Notes: generated by a model not told the origin, from the letters alone. A stretch of 64,000 nucleotides of DNA from an uncultured Pseudomonadota bacterium (GCA_903885375.1 CAISIK010000054.1:3403-67402), one strand, 5' to 3'; numbered from the stretch's first letter, positions 16,810 through 28,592 are shown. Translations and numbers: made by a program.

Positions 16810-18123
16810 ATGTGGCCCCTCCTCGTCGCCGTCGCGTTCGCCGCTCCGGCCACCCTCACGCTCTCGGGGCTCACCGCAGGCAGCGCCGCGAGCGTGTGGC
16901 TGAAGGGGGGGGACGGCGAACAGTTCGCGGCGTGCAACGACGCCGGCATCGCACCCGACCCCCTCGCCGACGGCATCTACACCTGCCTCCCCCTGGCCGG
17001 CCTCGCCCCGCCGACCGAGCTCTTCCTCCTCCACGAGACGGGCGTCGCGGCAGCCGGCGACGCGTTGGACGGGGGGGCCGAGCGCCTCCACATCGCGCTG
17101 GATGGCGCCACGCTCCGCGTCGAAACGTCGCCACCCGCGGCGCCCGGCACGGCCGGCGGCGGCGGCGGGCGCTTGCTGCTCATCCACCTGGTCGGCGTGC
17201 CCGCCGGGCCGCTCCCCATGCTCACGCTCGCGCAGCCCGGCGGCGCCGTGCAGCTCCGCTGCCGCGACGATGGCGGCTTCCCCGACCTCGCGCGCAACGA
17301 CAACGAGCCCGGCTGCTCCGGGCACGTGGTCGGGCCGACCGCGTCCATCACGCTCAACTCGGGCGCCGGCCCCCGGGCACTCGGCAGCCTCCCTGCCGAG
17401 GGCGACCTCCTGTGGGTGCGCGTGGATGCCACCGCCGGCACGATCTTGCCGGAGACCGAGCCGATCCCCCTCCCGGGCCGCGACCTCCCGCCGCTCGCGC
17501 AGCCGCCCCCCCCTCCCCCGCAGCCCACGCCGCCGCCCGGGTCGCCGCCCGGGTCTCCGCCCGGGGGCGACGGCTCCGCGCCCTCGCCGCCTGCCCCCGC
17601 CGCGCTCCTGTGGCTCGGGGCGCTCACCGTCGGCCTCGCGGGGGTCTTCGCCTGGCGCCGGCACGCCGGGCGGAACCCGGTGCCGAGCTGCCTCCTGCCG
17701 GTCGCAGCTCCCTCTGCGAGCAGCGCGCCCGGCTCGCTCGAAGGCCGGGGCCTCGTGGTCGAGGGCCAGCCCGCCGCCGGTGGCGCCGCCCTGCTCGCGC
17801 GGGCCTCCGCCAGCCGCCGGGTGATCCTCGTTGCCGAGGGCGATGTGGCCGCGCCCGCCGACACGGCGGGCATCTGGCGGTCCACCTGCGTGGACAGCGT
17901 GAAGCTCGCGGCTGCCGCGGGAGAGCTCGCCCGCACGCCCGGCGCGCCGGTGGCCATCGTGGTGGTCGGCGCCCACACCGTCCGCGACCCGGGCGCCATC
18001 GACCCGCACCCGCTCACGAACCTGCTCGGCGCCCTGCCGCCCGGAATCTGGCTGGGGGTGTGCGTCGAGCCGGGCGAAGCCCACGAGTGCGACCTTCCCC
18101 GCGAGGCGCTGGCCGCTACTTGA
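16810..18123 (+). CDS. Hypothetical secreted/bitopic protein with a Pro-rich linker
   Basis: Signal-like 'MWPLLVAVAFAAPA', the linker 'PPPPPPQPTPPPGSPPGSPPGG', then a TM segment 'LLWLGALTVGLAGVFAW'. Confidence 0.45.
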   Translation: MWPLLVAVAFAAPATLTLSGLTAGSAASVWLKGGDGEQFAACNDAGIAPDPLADGIYTCLPLAGLAPPTELFLLHETGVAAAGDALDGGAERLHIALDGATLRVETSPPAAPGTAGGGGGRLLLIHLVGVPAGPLPMLTLAQPGGAVQLRCRDDGGFPDLARNDNEPGCSGHVVGPTASITLNSGAGPRALGSLPAEGDLLWVRVDATAGTILPETEPIPLPGRDLPPLAQPPPPPPQPTPPPGSPPGSPPGGDGSAPSPPAPAALLWLGALTVGLAGVFAWRRHAGRNPVPSCLLPVAAPSASSAPGSLEGRGLVVEGQPAAGGAALLARASASRRVILVAEGDVAAPADTAGIWRSTCVDSVKLAAAAGELARTPGAPVAIVVVGAHTVRDPGAIDPHPLTNLLGALPPGIWLGVCVEPGEAHECDLPREALAAT

Positions 18124-18829
18124 CCGTGAGCGACACCGCGGGGGCGATGAACACCCGCGAGGCGGTGCACTTCGAGGCCACGACACAGGCCGTTACCGGA
18201 GGGGAGTAGGCGAGCGTGCCGAAAACTTCGGCCTTCACGGCCCCGGCGAGCCCCGCCGGCACGGTGAACCGCACGCCCTCGGCGCTGGCCGCAGCCGGTA
18301 CGGAGACGGGGGGCGCGCCCTCCACGGTGAGGTCCACCGACACCACCACGGCGCTGTCGACCTGATCGCCCGCCGGCACCAGCTTGAGCAGCACCTCCGA
18401 GCCGGCAGCCACGGGCTCTACGGGCCCTTCGAAGCGGGGCTCGGCGAAGAGCTGGTGCACCGTGGCCGCCACGGTGGTCACGCCGTCGCTCACCGTGATC
18501 ACGTTGTCGGACTTCGCGGACACCTGGTCGATCACGTCGGCCAGGCCCTCGAATTCGTACACGAAACAATCGCGGTCGTACCGGGTCGTGCCGTCGTCGT
18601 AGACGCCGTGGAGCCGCGTGAGCGGGATGCCGTCGACCTTCGCCTGGAGCTCCGGCAAGGCGCGACAGACCCCCTCCAGCTCCGGGTGCACGAAGACCTG
18701 CACCCGCCGCCCCCGAGGCGCGAGGTTGCCGGCGTTGATCTCGAGGAGGGGCTGGTGCACGTCGGCGAAGGTGTTGAAGGGCACCTCTTCGGGCGTGTCG
18801 CTGCAGGCGAGGAGGAGGGCGAGGATCAT
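18116..18829 (-). CDS. Putative lipoprotein
   Basis: Lipobox 'MILALLLACS'. The ATG overlaps the fabZ stop (18826-18829). Confidence 0.55.
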   Translation of the reverse strand: MILALLLACSDTPEEVPFNTFADVHQPLLEINAGNLAPRGRRVQVFVHPELEGVCRALPELQAKVDGIPLTRLHGVYDDGTTRYDRDCFVYEFEGLADVIDQVSAKSDNVITVSDGVTTVAATVHQLFAEPRFEGPVEPVAAGSEVLLKLVPAGDQVDSAVVVSVDLTVEGAPPVSVPAAASAEGVRFTVPAGLAGAVKAEVFGTLAYSPPVTACVVASKCTASRVFIAPAVSLTVK

Positions 18830-19272
18830 GCGGGAGCTCCGGGGCGGTCGACGAGGACGGTAGCCATCACCTGTCCTTCGACAACGGTCTTGCCCTCCAC
18901 GCTCACATTCGCGTCGAAAAACCAGATGCCGCGCTTCTCGCCCGTCTTGTCCACCACGATCCGGAGCTGATCGCCGGGGCGAACGGGCGCGCGGAAGCGG
19001 ATGCCATCGAGCCCGAGGAGGTAGAGCGGGCGTTCGCGGAACGAGGGGTGCGCGCTCATCGCCATGATGCCGCAGGCCTGGGCCACGGCCTCCACCACGA
19101 GCACCCCCGGCATCACCGGCTGCCCGGGGAAGTGGCCGTTGAAGTGCGGTTCGTTGATCGTGACGTTCTTGATCGCCACCACGCGCTGCCCCGGCGCGAG
19201 CTCCACCACCCGATCGATCATCAGGAAAGGGTAGCGGTGCGGCAGCATGGCCATGATTTCGAGGATGTCCAT
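18826..19272 (-). CDS. fabZ: 3-hydroxyacyl-ACP dehydratase FabZ
   Basis: 'LPHRYPFLMIDRV...INEPHFNGHFPGQPVMPGVLVVEA' is the canonical FabZ sequence. Confidence 0.92.
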   Translation of the reverse strand: MDILEIMAMLPHRYPFLMIDRVVELAPGQRVVAIKNVTINEPHFNGHFPGQPVMPGVLVVEAVAQACGIMAMSAHPSFRERPLYLLGLDGIRFRAPVRPGDQLRIVVDKTGEKRGIWFFDANVSVEGKTVVEGQVMATVLVDRPGAPA

Positions 19273-19280
19273 GAGGCTCC

Positions 19281-20288
19281 CTAGCGCGTTGAGTCGTCGG
19301 CCAGCCGGGCTTCCAGCGCCGCCACACGTTTGAGGAGCTCGGGGAGCTCCTTGGTGGCGTTGGCCACCCGCAACCAGTCGCGGTGGTCCAGCGCGGGGAT
19401 GCCGGTGCGGCGTTCGCCCGCCGGCACATCGCTCGTGACCATCGACATCGCGCCGATCGTGGCGCCGGCGCCCACATCGAGGTGGCCGAGCACGAGCGTA
19501 CGCGCCGCCATCGTAACCCCGGCGCCCGTGCGCGTGCTGCCCGCGATGGCGCTGTAGGCCACGAGCACGTTGTGCTCGCCGAGCTCCACCCCGTGGCCCA
19601 CCTGCACGAGGTTGTCGAGCTTGCTGCCGCTGCCCACGCGGGTGTCGCCGAGGGCCGCGCGGTCCACGCAGGAGTTGGCGCCGATCTCCACGTCGTTGCC
19701 CACGACCGCCCGGCCCGTCTGGGGAATCTTCACCAGGCCACGCGCCGTGGGCACAAAGCCGAAGCCCTCGCCGCCCACCACCGCGCCGGGGTTGAGGACG
19801 GTGCGGTCGCCGACCACGCAGCCATCCATGACCACGCTGCCCGCCATGAGCAGGCAGTCGACCCCCACGGAGGCGCCGGGACCCACGTAGCAGTGCGGCT
19901 GCACCACCGTTCTGGCGCCCACCGAGGCGCCGGGGCCGATGTAGGCGAACGGCAGCACCGTGGCCCCCTCCGCCGCGCCTTCCACGACCGCCAACGGCGA
20001 GATGCCCGGCTCGGGCTTCGGGGAGGGATGGAACAGTGCCAGCGCCTTCGCGAAGGCGAGGTAGGCGTCGTGGCAACGCACCACCGTTCGCCCATGCGCC
20101 GGCTCGTTCCGGCCCACCAGCACCGCCCCGGCCCTGCTGGCGCGGAAGAGCGTGGCATACCGGCGGTTGCTCAGGAACGACACCTCGTCGGGCCCTGCCT
20201 CCTCGAGGCCGGCCACCCCGCGTACGTCGAGCGAAGCATCGCCCTCCACGGTGCCGCCGACGGCGAGTGCGAGGTCGGCGAGGCGCAC
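19281..20288 (-). CDS. lpxD: UDP-3-O-acylglucosamine N-acyltransferase LpxD
   Basis: An N-terminal LpxD domain ('VSFLSNRRYATLF') is followed by left-handed beta-helix hexapeptide repeats. The gene sits in the skp-lpxD-fabZ context. Confidence 0.9.
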   Translation of the reverse strand: MRLADLALAVGGTVEGDASLDVRGVAGLEEAGPDEVSFLSNRRYATLFRASRAGAVLVGRNEPAHGRTVVRCHDAYLAFAKALALFHPSPKPEPGISPLAVVEGAAEGATVLPFAYIGPGASVGARTVVQPHCYVGPGASVGVDCLLMAGSVVMDGCVVGDRTVLNPGAVVGGEGFGFVPTARGLVKIPQTGRAVVGNDVEIGANSCVDRAALGDTRVGSGSKLDNLVQVGHGVELGEHNVLVAYSAIAGSTRTGAGVTMAARTLVLGHLDVGAGATIGAMSMVTSDVPAGERRTGIPALDHRDWLRVANATKELPELLKRVAALEARLADDSTR

Positions 20289-20289
20289 G

Positions 20290-20820
20290 CTACTTCTTCG
20301 GGGTAGTGGCCGGGTTCGCGGCGTTGTAGCGCTTGATCATCTCGTCGGTGATGTCCACCGTGTCGGACCAGTACACCACGCCGCCCTCGGTGGCCTCGAG
20401 CACCACGGTGTAGCCGCGCTCCTTGCCGATCACGACCGAGATCTTCTTCATCTTCTCGATGAAGTCCTGCATGGCCGCGTAGTAGGCCTGCTGCATCTCG
20501 CCTTCGGCGCGGGAGTAGGTCTGCTGGAACTCCACCGAGGCCTTCATGAGCTCCTCCTCCTTCGCCTTGCGCGCGGAGTCGCTCAGGATGGAGGACTGCT
20601 TCTCGTACTCGGACTTCTTGGCCTCGAGCGACTTCTGCATCTTCTCGATCGCGGCCTTCCGCTCGCCGTACATGCCCTCGAGCTTGGCGCGCACGCCGGC
20701 CGCTTCGTTCACCTCGTTCAGGGCGCGCTGGAAGTCCACCACCGCCACCTTCACCTCGGCGAGGGCGTTGCCGGCAAAGAGGAAGCACACGGCCAGAAGG
20801 GCGAAGAAACGACTGAACAT
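20290..20820 (-). CDS. skp: OmpH/Skp periplasmic chaperone
   Basis: Signal peptide 'MFSRFFALLAVCFLFAGNALA', a Lys/Glu-rich coiled-coil body, and a position between bamA and lpxD. Confidence 0.8.
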   Translation of the reverse strand: MFSRFFALLAVCFLFAGNALAEVKVAVVDFQRALNEVNEAAGVRAKLEGMYGERKAAIEKMQKSLEAKKSEYEKQSSILSDSARKAKEEELMKASVEFQQTYSRAEGEMQQAYYAAMQDFIEKMKKISVVIGKERGYTVVLEATEGGVVYWSDTVDITDEMIKRYNAANPATTPKK

Positions 20821-20837
20821 GAGGGCTCCGGGCAGGC

Positions 20838-23399
20838 TCAGAACGCGCTGCCGATGGTGAAGTCGAAGACGGCGGTGCGCTCGTCGGGGAGGGGCTCCAG
20901 CGGGAAACCCCACTCGAAGCGAAGGGGGCCGATGGGGCTGAACCAGCGGATGCCGAAGCCGACGCTGGTGCGGAGGTCGCCGAGGTCGACGCTGCCGTTG
21001 CCTTCGGCATCGCCGAAGGTGTTGCCGGCATCGAGGAAGGTCACGAGCGAGATGCCCGCCGCCTTGATGATGGGCGACTCGATCTCGAACTGGTTGATGA
21101 GGGTCTGCGTGCCGCCGATGACCAGGCGGTCGTCGGCCGACTGCGGATCGTCGGTGCCCACGAAGGAGGTGCGGGTCTGGCCGTAGTCGCGGAACCCGGT
21201 GGCCCGGATGGAGGGGCCGAGGGCGTAGGGCTCGAACCCGCGGATGCTCAGGATGCCGCCCGCCCGGTAGCGGTGGATGTAGGGCACCACGCTGCCGTCG
21301 GTGCTCTGGATGTAGCCGGCCGACAGGTTGTACTTGAAGACCAGCCAGTCATCCTTCACCAGCGGCTGGTAGAAGCGGAAGTTGGCCTTCGTCTCCCAGT
21401 AGTTGAAGTCGCCGCCGAAGATGGAGACCACCTCCTTGTCGTTGAGGCGGAAGCCGCCGGCGAGATCGCTGGAGATCGAGAACTTCACGCCGCGGGTGGC
21501 GTTGATGCGGTTGTTGCGCTTGTCCACCTCGAACGTGAGGCCGCCGGAGGAGGTCACGCCGTTGCGGTAGAGCTGCCCGCCGAAGATGCGCTCCTTGTAC
21601 TCATCCAGCGAGAGCAGGCCGTTGTCCTCGATGGTGTAGTCGAGGGCGAGGCGGATGTCGTCGCGGGCATCGAGGTAGCGCCCCACCTGGAAGACGCCGC
21701 CGCGCTGGTACTCGTCCTCGATGTAGCTGCGCTGGTTGTAGAAGCCGCTCACCCGCATGGTCCAGCGGGAGTCGAGGAAGTAGGGATCGTAGAAGTCGAC
21801 GCTCGCGGTCTGGGTGGGCCGGCTGATGTTGCCCGCCAGCGAAACCACCCAGCCAAGGCCGAAGAAGTTCGACTTCTGGATGTTCGCGGTGAGCAGGAAG
21901 CTGTCCACCGAGCTGAACCCGGCGCCCACCGTGAAGCTTCCGGTGGGGCGCTCGGACACATCCACGTTCATGTCGAGCGTTCGCTCCTCGCTGGCGCGGG
22001 GCGTACTGATCTCGACCGTTTCGAAGAAGCCGAGCCGCTCGAGCCGCTGGCGGGCCTCGCGAATGCGGCTGCCCTGGTAGTCCTCGCCCTCGTTGATCGG
22101 GATCTCGCGGCGGACGACCTTGTCGAAGGTCGGATCGTTGCCGGTGATGTTGATCTTGCCGATCTTCATCTTCTCACCCTTCTGGATGTCGAAGGTGAGA
22201 TCGACGACGCCGGAGGCCGGGTCGGGCGAGGGCAGCGGTACGACGTTCGCGAAGGCGTAGCCCTGATCGCCGTAGAGGTCGGACACCCGTTGGGTGACCC
22301 CCTGCATCGTCGTGATCTTGAACCAGTCGCCCGTGCGCAGGGGCTGGTCCTGCCCGGCGAAGTCGAAGAGGCGACGGTCGACGCGGGGCGACCAGGAGTC
22401 ATCGATCGTGACGCCGGCGGCCTTGTCGCGCTTGAGGGCCTCCTGCACGTCGCGAAGGTTCTTGCCCTCGGCCAGCGCGCGCACGGCGCCGGCGGTGAGG
22501 CCTTCTTCGGCCACGAAGTCGCCCGTGAGGTTCAGCTTCCCGATCTTGTACCGGGGCCCCTCGGTAACGTGGATGGTGATGAAGATGTGGCGCTTGTCGG
22601 GGGAGAGGAAGACCTTCGGCTGATCGACCTGGGCCTCGACGTAGCCCTCCTCGAGGAGCACCGAGCGGACGACGTACACGTCGTTCTCGAGGTTCGACTC
22701 GATGAAGTTGCCCGAGCTGGTGAGCCAGGGGACGATGCCGCCTTCCTTGGTCTGCAGGAAGCGCTTGATCTTCGCGTCGGGCACGCCCTCGTTGCCCGTG
22801 ATGTCGATGTTCTGGACGATGACCTTGCGGTTCTCAACGACCTGGAACTCGAGATCGACCAGATCGTCGCCGGCGGGGGTGAGCACCGGCTCCACCGTGG
22901 CGAGGTAGAAGCCCTTCTCGAGGTACTTCTCGCGGATGGTCCGGGCGTTCTGGGCGATGCGCCGGTCCGATGGCACCGAGAGCGCGCTGATGTCCACCGC
23001 CTCGCGCAGATCGTCGTCCTTGATCTTCTTGTTGCCCTTGAAGCGCACCTCGCGGACGGCGGGCTTCTCGCGCACCACGAAGGTGACCAGCACGCCCGAC
23101 TCTTCGCGGGCGAGGCGCACGAGCACGTCATCCACGTAGCCGGTGGCCCAGATGGCCTTGATGTCGCGCTGCACCTTCCAGGGGGCGAGCGCATCGCCCG
23201 TGCGGAGGCCCACGGCATCGAGCACGGCGGCCTCTTCCACGCGACGGAGGCCCACGACCTGGACCCGACCGACCGTGCCGGTGGCGACGAGCGGCGCGCC
23301 CGCTTCATCGACCGCGGCCGGAGAGGCCACGGCCGGCTCTTCTGCCCGGGCCCCGCCCACGAAGGCGAGCAGCCCGAGCCACAGCACCGCGCCCGTCAT
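20838..23399 (-). CDS. bamA: Outer membrane protein assembly factor BamA
   Basis: 853 aa with a signal peptide, repeated POTRA-like segments and a C-terminal beta-barrel ending '...FDFTIGSAF'. Confidence 0.9.
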   Translation of the reverse strand: MTGAVLWLGLLAFVGGARAEEPAVASPAAVDEAGAPLVATGTVGRVQVVGLRRVEEAAVLDAVGLRTGDALAPWKVQRDIKAIWATGYVDDVLVRLAREESGVLVTFVVREKPAVREVRFKGNKKIKDDDLREAVDISALSVPSDRRIAQNARTIREKYLEKGFYLATVEPVLTPAGDDLVDLEFQVVENRKVIVQNIDITGNEGVPDAKIKRFLQTKEGGIVPWLTSSGNFIESNLENDVYVVRSVLLEEGYVEAQVDQPKVFLSPDKRHIFITIHVTEGPRYKIGKLNLTGDFVAEEGLTAGAVRALAEGKNLRDVQEALKRDKAAGVTIDDSWSPRVDRRLFDFAGQDQPLRTGDWFKITTMQGVTQRVSDLYGDQGYAFANVVPLPSPDPASGVVDLTFDIQKGEKMKIGKINITGNDPTFDKVVRREIPINEGEDYQGSRIREARQRLERLGFFETVEISTPRASEERTLDMNVDVSERPTGSFTVGAGFSSVDSFLLTANIQKSNFFGLGWVVSLAGNISRPTQTASVDFYDPYFLDSRWTMRVSGFYNQRSYIEDEYQRGGVFQVGRYLDARDDIRLALDYTIEDNGLLSLDEYKERIFGGQLYRNGVTSSGGLTFEVDKRNNRINATRGVKFSISSDLAGGFRLNDKEVVSIFGGDFNYWETKANFRFYQPLVKDDWLVFKYNLSAGYIQSTDGSVVPYIHRYRAGGILSIRGFEPYALGPSIRATGFRDYGQTRTSFVGTDDPQSADDRLVIGGTQTLINQFEIESPIIKAAGISLVTFLDAGNTFGDAEGNGSVDLGDLRTSVGFGIRWFSPIGPLRFEWGFPLEPLPDERTAVFDFTIGSAF

Positions 23400-24076
23400 G
23401 CCGCCTCCTGGAACGCACCGTCGACCACCCGGACCACGCGGGGGAATCGACGAGCCAGCTCGAGGGAGTGCGTGACGACCACGAGGGTGGCGCCCTGCTC
23501 ACGATTGAGGTCGAGAAGGAGGCTCATCACCTCGTCGGCCGTGCGGGGGTCGAGGTTGCCGGTGGGCTCATCGGCCAGCACGAGGCCGGGGCCGAGGAGC
23601 AGCGCCCGGGCGATGGCCACGCGCTGCTGCTCGCCGCCGCTGAGCTCGCCGGGCTTGTGCTGGAGCCGGTGCCCGAGGCCCACACGGTGCAGCGCCGCGG
23701 TGGCCAGCTCACGGGCCTTCGCGCGGGGCAGCCGGGCCACGAGACCAGGGATGGCCACGTTGTCGACCGCGGCATGGTCGGGCAGGAGGTGGTGGAACTG
23801 GAAGATGAAGCCGACCTGCCGGTTGCGGAACACATCGAGCTCCTCGGGGGAGCGCGCGTAGAGCGACCGGCCATCGATCGTGACCTCGCCCGCCGAGGGC
23901 CGCTCGAGGCCGCCCAGCAGGTGCAGGAAGGTGCTCTTGCCGGAGCCGCTCTGGCCGACGACGGCCACGCTGTCGCCAGCGGCCAGGGTGATGTCGGCCC
24001 CGCGGAGCACCTCGATGCGCTCGAGGCCCTTCACGTACGTGCGTGCGACACCAGCAACTGCGACCGCCAACCCCAT
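23396..24076 (-). CDS. lolD: Lipoprotein-releasing system ATP-binding protein LolD
   Basis: Walker A 'GQSGSGKST', signature 'LSGGEQQRVAIARAL', Walker B 'LVLADEPTGNLD'. There are ATGA overlaps with both neighbours. Confidence 0.85.
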   Translation of the reverse strand: MGLAVAVAGVARTYVKGLERIEVLRGADITLAAGDSVAVVGQSGSGKSTFLHLLGGLERPSAGEVTIDGRSLYARSPEELDVFRNRQVGFIFQFHHLLPDHAAVDNVAIPGLVARLPRAKARELATAALHRVGLGHRLQHKPGELSGGEQQRVAIARALLLGPGLVLADEPTGNLDPRTADEVMSLLLDLNREQGATLVVVTHSLELARRFPRVVRVVDGAFQEAA

Positions 24077-25380
24077 CACTCGTACCGCAACCCTTCCACC
24101 GGATCGATCCCGGCGGCTCGGCGCGAGGGGTAGATCGTGGCAAGGAAGCAGATGATCAGCGCGCCGATGGCCACGGCCGCCACCGTTTCCGGGACGACGA
24201 CCACCGGCAGGGAGTCGAGGTAGTACACGTTGGTGTCGAGGGGGTACTTGTAGCGGGAGAGGATGGCGCAGCCCGCTAACCCAAGGCAGACGCCGAGGCC
24301 GGTTCCGACCACACCGACCGCCACGCCCTCCATCACGAAGATGGTGCGGATCATGCGACCAGAGGCCCCCATGGCCCGCAGGATCGAGATTTCGCGCCCT
24401 CGAGTGACGACCATGACGATGAGGTTCGTGACGATCCCCAACGCGGCAACGCTCACGATCTGGGCGAGGATCAGGCCCATCACCCACTTCTCGGTGGCCA
24501 GCGCCCGGAAGAGCGCCTCGTTCATCGAGAGCCAGTCCTTGGCGTAGAACAGGGGCCCCGCTGTTTCCTCCACCGAGCGCGCCATCGTGGGCGCCTCCCA
24601 GATGAGCGGCTCCTGCACGCGCACTTCAAGGCCGGTCGACGCATCGCCGAGGCCCATGAAGTCCTGCGCGTCGGCCAGGCTGATGTACGCCCACTTGGTG
24701 TCGTACTCGTACATGCCGGTGTGGACGGTGGCCACCACGCGGTAGGCGCGCGTAGTCGGCATCGGCATGCCGAGCGGACCGGTTCCGGCGCCGATGGGGT
24801 TGATCACGTGGAGCTTGGCGCCCGGGTAGACGTTGAGCGTTTCGGCGAGGCCGCTCCCGAGGATGATCCCGGGGAGCTCCTCGGTGTCGCCCACATCCTG
24901 GGTGATCGCCTTCGGCGGCGTGTGGAGGGTGCGGATGAGCTCCACCGCCTGGTCGTGCGCCACGCCATCGCCGTTGGGGCCGGCCGCGAAGTCGCTGGCC
25001 ATGTCGTTGACCGCCACGGAGCGCACCGGGTCGATGCCCTTGAGGATGGCACCCGACACGCCGTAGGTGCTCTTGAGCATCACCTCGGTGTAGATGAACG
25101 GCGACACCGCCACCACACCCTCGGTCTCGGCCACCTTGTCGGCCACCTTGGACGGCGCATCCATCGGGCCACCGTAGGCGAGCACGAGCACGTGCGCCTG
25201 GTTGCCGAGAATCTGCTTCCGCAGATCGATCTCGAAGCCCTCCATCACGGACATCACCATGATGAGCACCGCCACGCCCACCGTGACGCCGACCACGCTC
25301 AGCGTGGCGATCAGCGAAATCCCGGCATCCTGCTTGCGCGATCGCAGGTGGCTCAGGGCGATGAGGAGCTCGAAGTCCAT
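24076..25380 (-). CDS. Lipoprotein-releasing system permease LolC/LolE family
   Basis: 434 aa with MacB-like/FtsX topology, starting 'MDFELLIALSHLRSRKQ...' and carrying a C-terminal FtsX domain. Confidence 0.85.
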   Translation of the reverse strand: MDFELLIALSHLRSRKQDAGISLIATLSVVGVTVGVAVLIMVMSVMEGFEIDLRKQILGNQAHVLVLAYGGPMDAPSKVADKVAETEGVVAVSPFIYTEVMLKSTYGVSGAILKGIDPVRSVAVNDMASDFAAGPNGDGVAHDQAVELIRTLHTPPKAITQDVGDTEELPGIILGSGLAETLNVYPGAKLHVINPIGAGTGPLGMPMPTTRAYRVVATVHTGMYEYDTKWAYISLADAQDFMGLGDASTGLEVRVQEPLIWEAPTMARSVEETAGPLFYAKDWLSMNEALFRALATEKWVMGLILAQIVSVAALGIVTNLIVMVVTRGREISILRAMGASGRMIRTIFVMEGVAVGVVGTGLGVCLGLAGCAILSRYKYPLDTNVYYLDSLPVVVVPETVAAVAIGALIICFLATIYPSRRAAGIDPVEGLRYE

Positions 25381-25464
25381 CGTGGGCGCGGGACTAACCC
25401 GCGCCCTCCTTTCGCCATCGACACGCGGAAGATTGTAGACAAGCCTCCCCGCCGAGGGCCGTGC

Positions 25465-26925
<1,461 letters not shown>

Positions 26926-26935
26926 CGCCGCGCGG

Positions 26936-27553
26936 CTAACGCGGAAGCGCCGCCCCGGGAACGCTCGCCGCGCCGGCCTCTCCCGTGAGAACGCCACAGC
27001 GCAGGAGGTCGAAGATGGCGTCGGCCAACGCCGCAGCATCGAGAGGTTCGCGGGCGAGCCGCGCCTGCATGACCGGCTCGCGGAGGCAGCCGAGCAGGCA
27101 GCGCGCCGTCTGCCGGGTTTCACCCACCCGGACCACGCCCATCGTCTGCCCCGTGGCGAGCGCGACCTCCACGCGCGAGAGCGCGTGGGCGTAGAAGGCC
27201 GCCAGCGCGGCCTCACCCTCCGCATCCACCGAGCCCGCATCCGTGAACAGGATGCGCACCGCCTCGCCCGCTTCGGCGAGCACCCGGGTGATGCCGTGCA
27301 GGTTCGCGCGCACCTGCGGGGCGATGTCGGCGTTCACGTCGATCGGGGCGACCGCCGACAGCACGTTCGTCATCAGGACCCCGAGCACGGCCGCGAAGAC
27401 CTCCCGCTTCCCCTCGAAGTGGTTGTAGAAGGTGCCGCGCGCCACGTCGGCACGCGCCACGATGTCCGCCACGCTCGCGCCGAAGTAGCCGCGCTCCGCG
27501 AAGACCTCGCGGGCCGCGGCGAGCAGGTGTTCGCGCCGGTCGGAGGCCGCCAT
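26936..27553 (-). CDS. TetR-family transcriptional regulator
   Basis: 'REVFAERGYFGASVADIVARADVARGTFYNHF' is the TetR N-terminal HTH. Confidence 0.8.
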   Translation of the reverse strand: MAASDRREHLLAAAREVFAERGYFGASVADIVARADVARGTFYNHFEGKREVFAAVLGVLMTNVLSAVAPIDVNADIAPQVRANLHGITRVLAEAGEAVRILFTDAGSVDAEGEAALAAFYAHALSRVEVALATGQTMGVVRVGETRQTARCLLGCLREPVMQARLAREPLDAAALADAIFDLLRCGVLTGEAGAASVPGAALPR

Positions 27554-27564
27554 CGCCCGCGCCC

Positions 27565-28554
27565 TCACACGCCCTCCCCGGCCTGATCGGCCGTGTAGAA
27601 CGCGATCAGGGCCTCGCCGGCGAGGCCGCGCCCGAGCCCCGCCATGAGCTTCACGGTGGCGCACTCCATCGTCATCGACCCGGCGGTGATGGCGCCCGCC
27701 TCCACGGCCTTGCGGCCGCCCTCGTACGCCGTGGCGTTGAGCTGCCCGCGCAGGCACTGACTGGAGAGGACCACCGCCACCCCCGCCTCGGTGGCGCGGG
27801 CGATCGCTTCGGGCCACCCCGCCTGGGGCAGGTTCCCGGAGCCGAAGGCCCGCACGACCACGCCTCGCACGCCGCGCGCCACGAGCGCATCGAGCGCCTC
27901 GCCGTCGGAGCCGGGCAGGGGCGTGACCACGGCCACCTCGCGGCTGAAGCGGGCATCCACCCCGAAGTCCCCCACCACCGGCCGCGGCGCCTCGATCGCC
28001 CGGACTTCCACGCCCAGCTCAAGGAGCGGGTTGCAGTCGGGCGATTCAAAGGCCTCGTAGCTCTGGATGGAGGTCTTGCTCACCCGGTTGCCGCGGAACA
28101 ACCAACGCCCGAAGTACACGCACACCTCCGGGATGCCCATTCCCGCGCAGAGCGCGCTGTTCACCACGTTCGGGCGCGCATCGCTCCGCACCCACGCGAT
28201 GGGCCGCTGGGCGCCGGTGAGCACCACGGGGCGATCGAGCCCGCGGAGCGCGAACGACAGCGCCGAGGCCGTCCACGCCATCGTGTCGGTGCCATGGAGG
28301 ATCACAAAGCCATCCACCGACTCGCGCCGGAGCGCGACGAGCTCGGCGAGGGCCGTCCAGTGGCCGGGGCCCATGTCGGAGCTGTCGAGGTTCCAGAGGG
28401 CCTCGGCGTGGAGATCGACCGCGCTGTCGAGCCCCTGCACGTACTTGAGCACGTTCTCGCTCACCTCGCTCGGGGCGAGCGCTCCGGGATCGCGCTGAAG
28501 CATGCCCAGCGTTCCACCGGTAGAGACGACGAGCACGCGCGGGCGGGAGGACAT
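27565..28554 (-). CDS. L-asparaginase (type I)
   Basis: 'VLVVSTGGTLGM' contains the catalytic Thr motif, and 'ILHGTDTMAWTASALS' is also present. Confidence 0.85.
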   Translation of the reverse strand: MSSRPRVLVVSTGGTLGMLQRDPGALAPSEVSENVLKYVQGLDSAVDLHAEALWNLDSSDMGPGHWTALAELVALRRESVDGFVILHGTDTMAWTASALSFALRGLDRPVVLTGAQRPIAWVRSDARPNVVNSALCAGMGIPEVCVYFGRWLFRGNRVSKTSIQSYEAFESPDCNPLLELGVEVRAIEAPRPVVGDFGVDARFSREVAVVTPLPGSDGEALDALVARGVRGVVVRAFGSGNLPQAGWPEAIARATEAGVAVVLSSQCLRGQLNATAYEGGRKAVEAGAITAGSMTMECATVKLMAGLGRGLAGEALIAFYTADQAGEGV

Positions 28555-28592
28555 GGGCCGGCGAACGTAGCGCGATCGGCTACCTTGGTGCC

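Noticed and set aside
25384-25406. Hairpin 'gggcgcggg-actaa-cccgcgccc' between lysS and lolCE as an intrinsic terminator.
   Set aside because: It abuts the lolCE start codon (3 nt away) and lacks a U-tract on the transcribed strand. It could be an RBS-proximal structure, but the evidence is too thin to call a feature.
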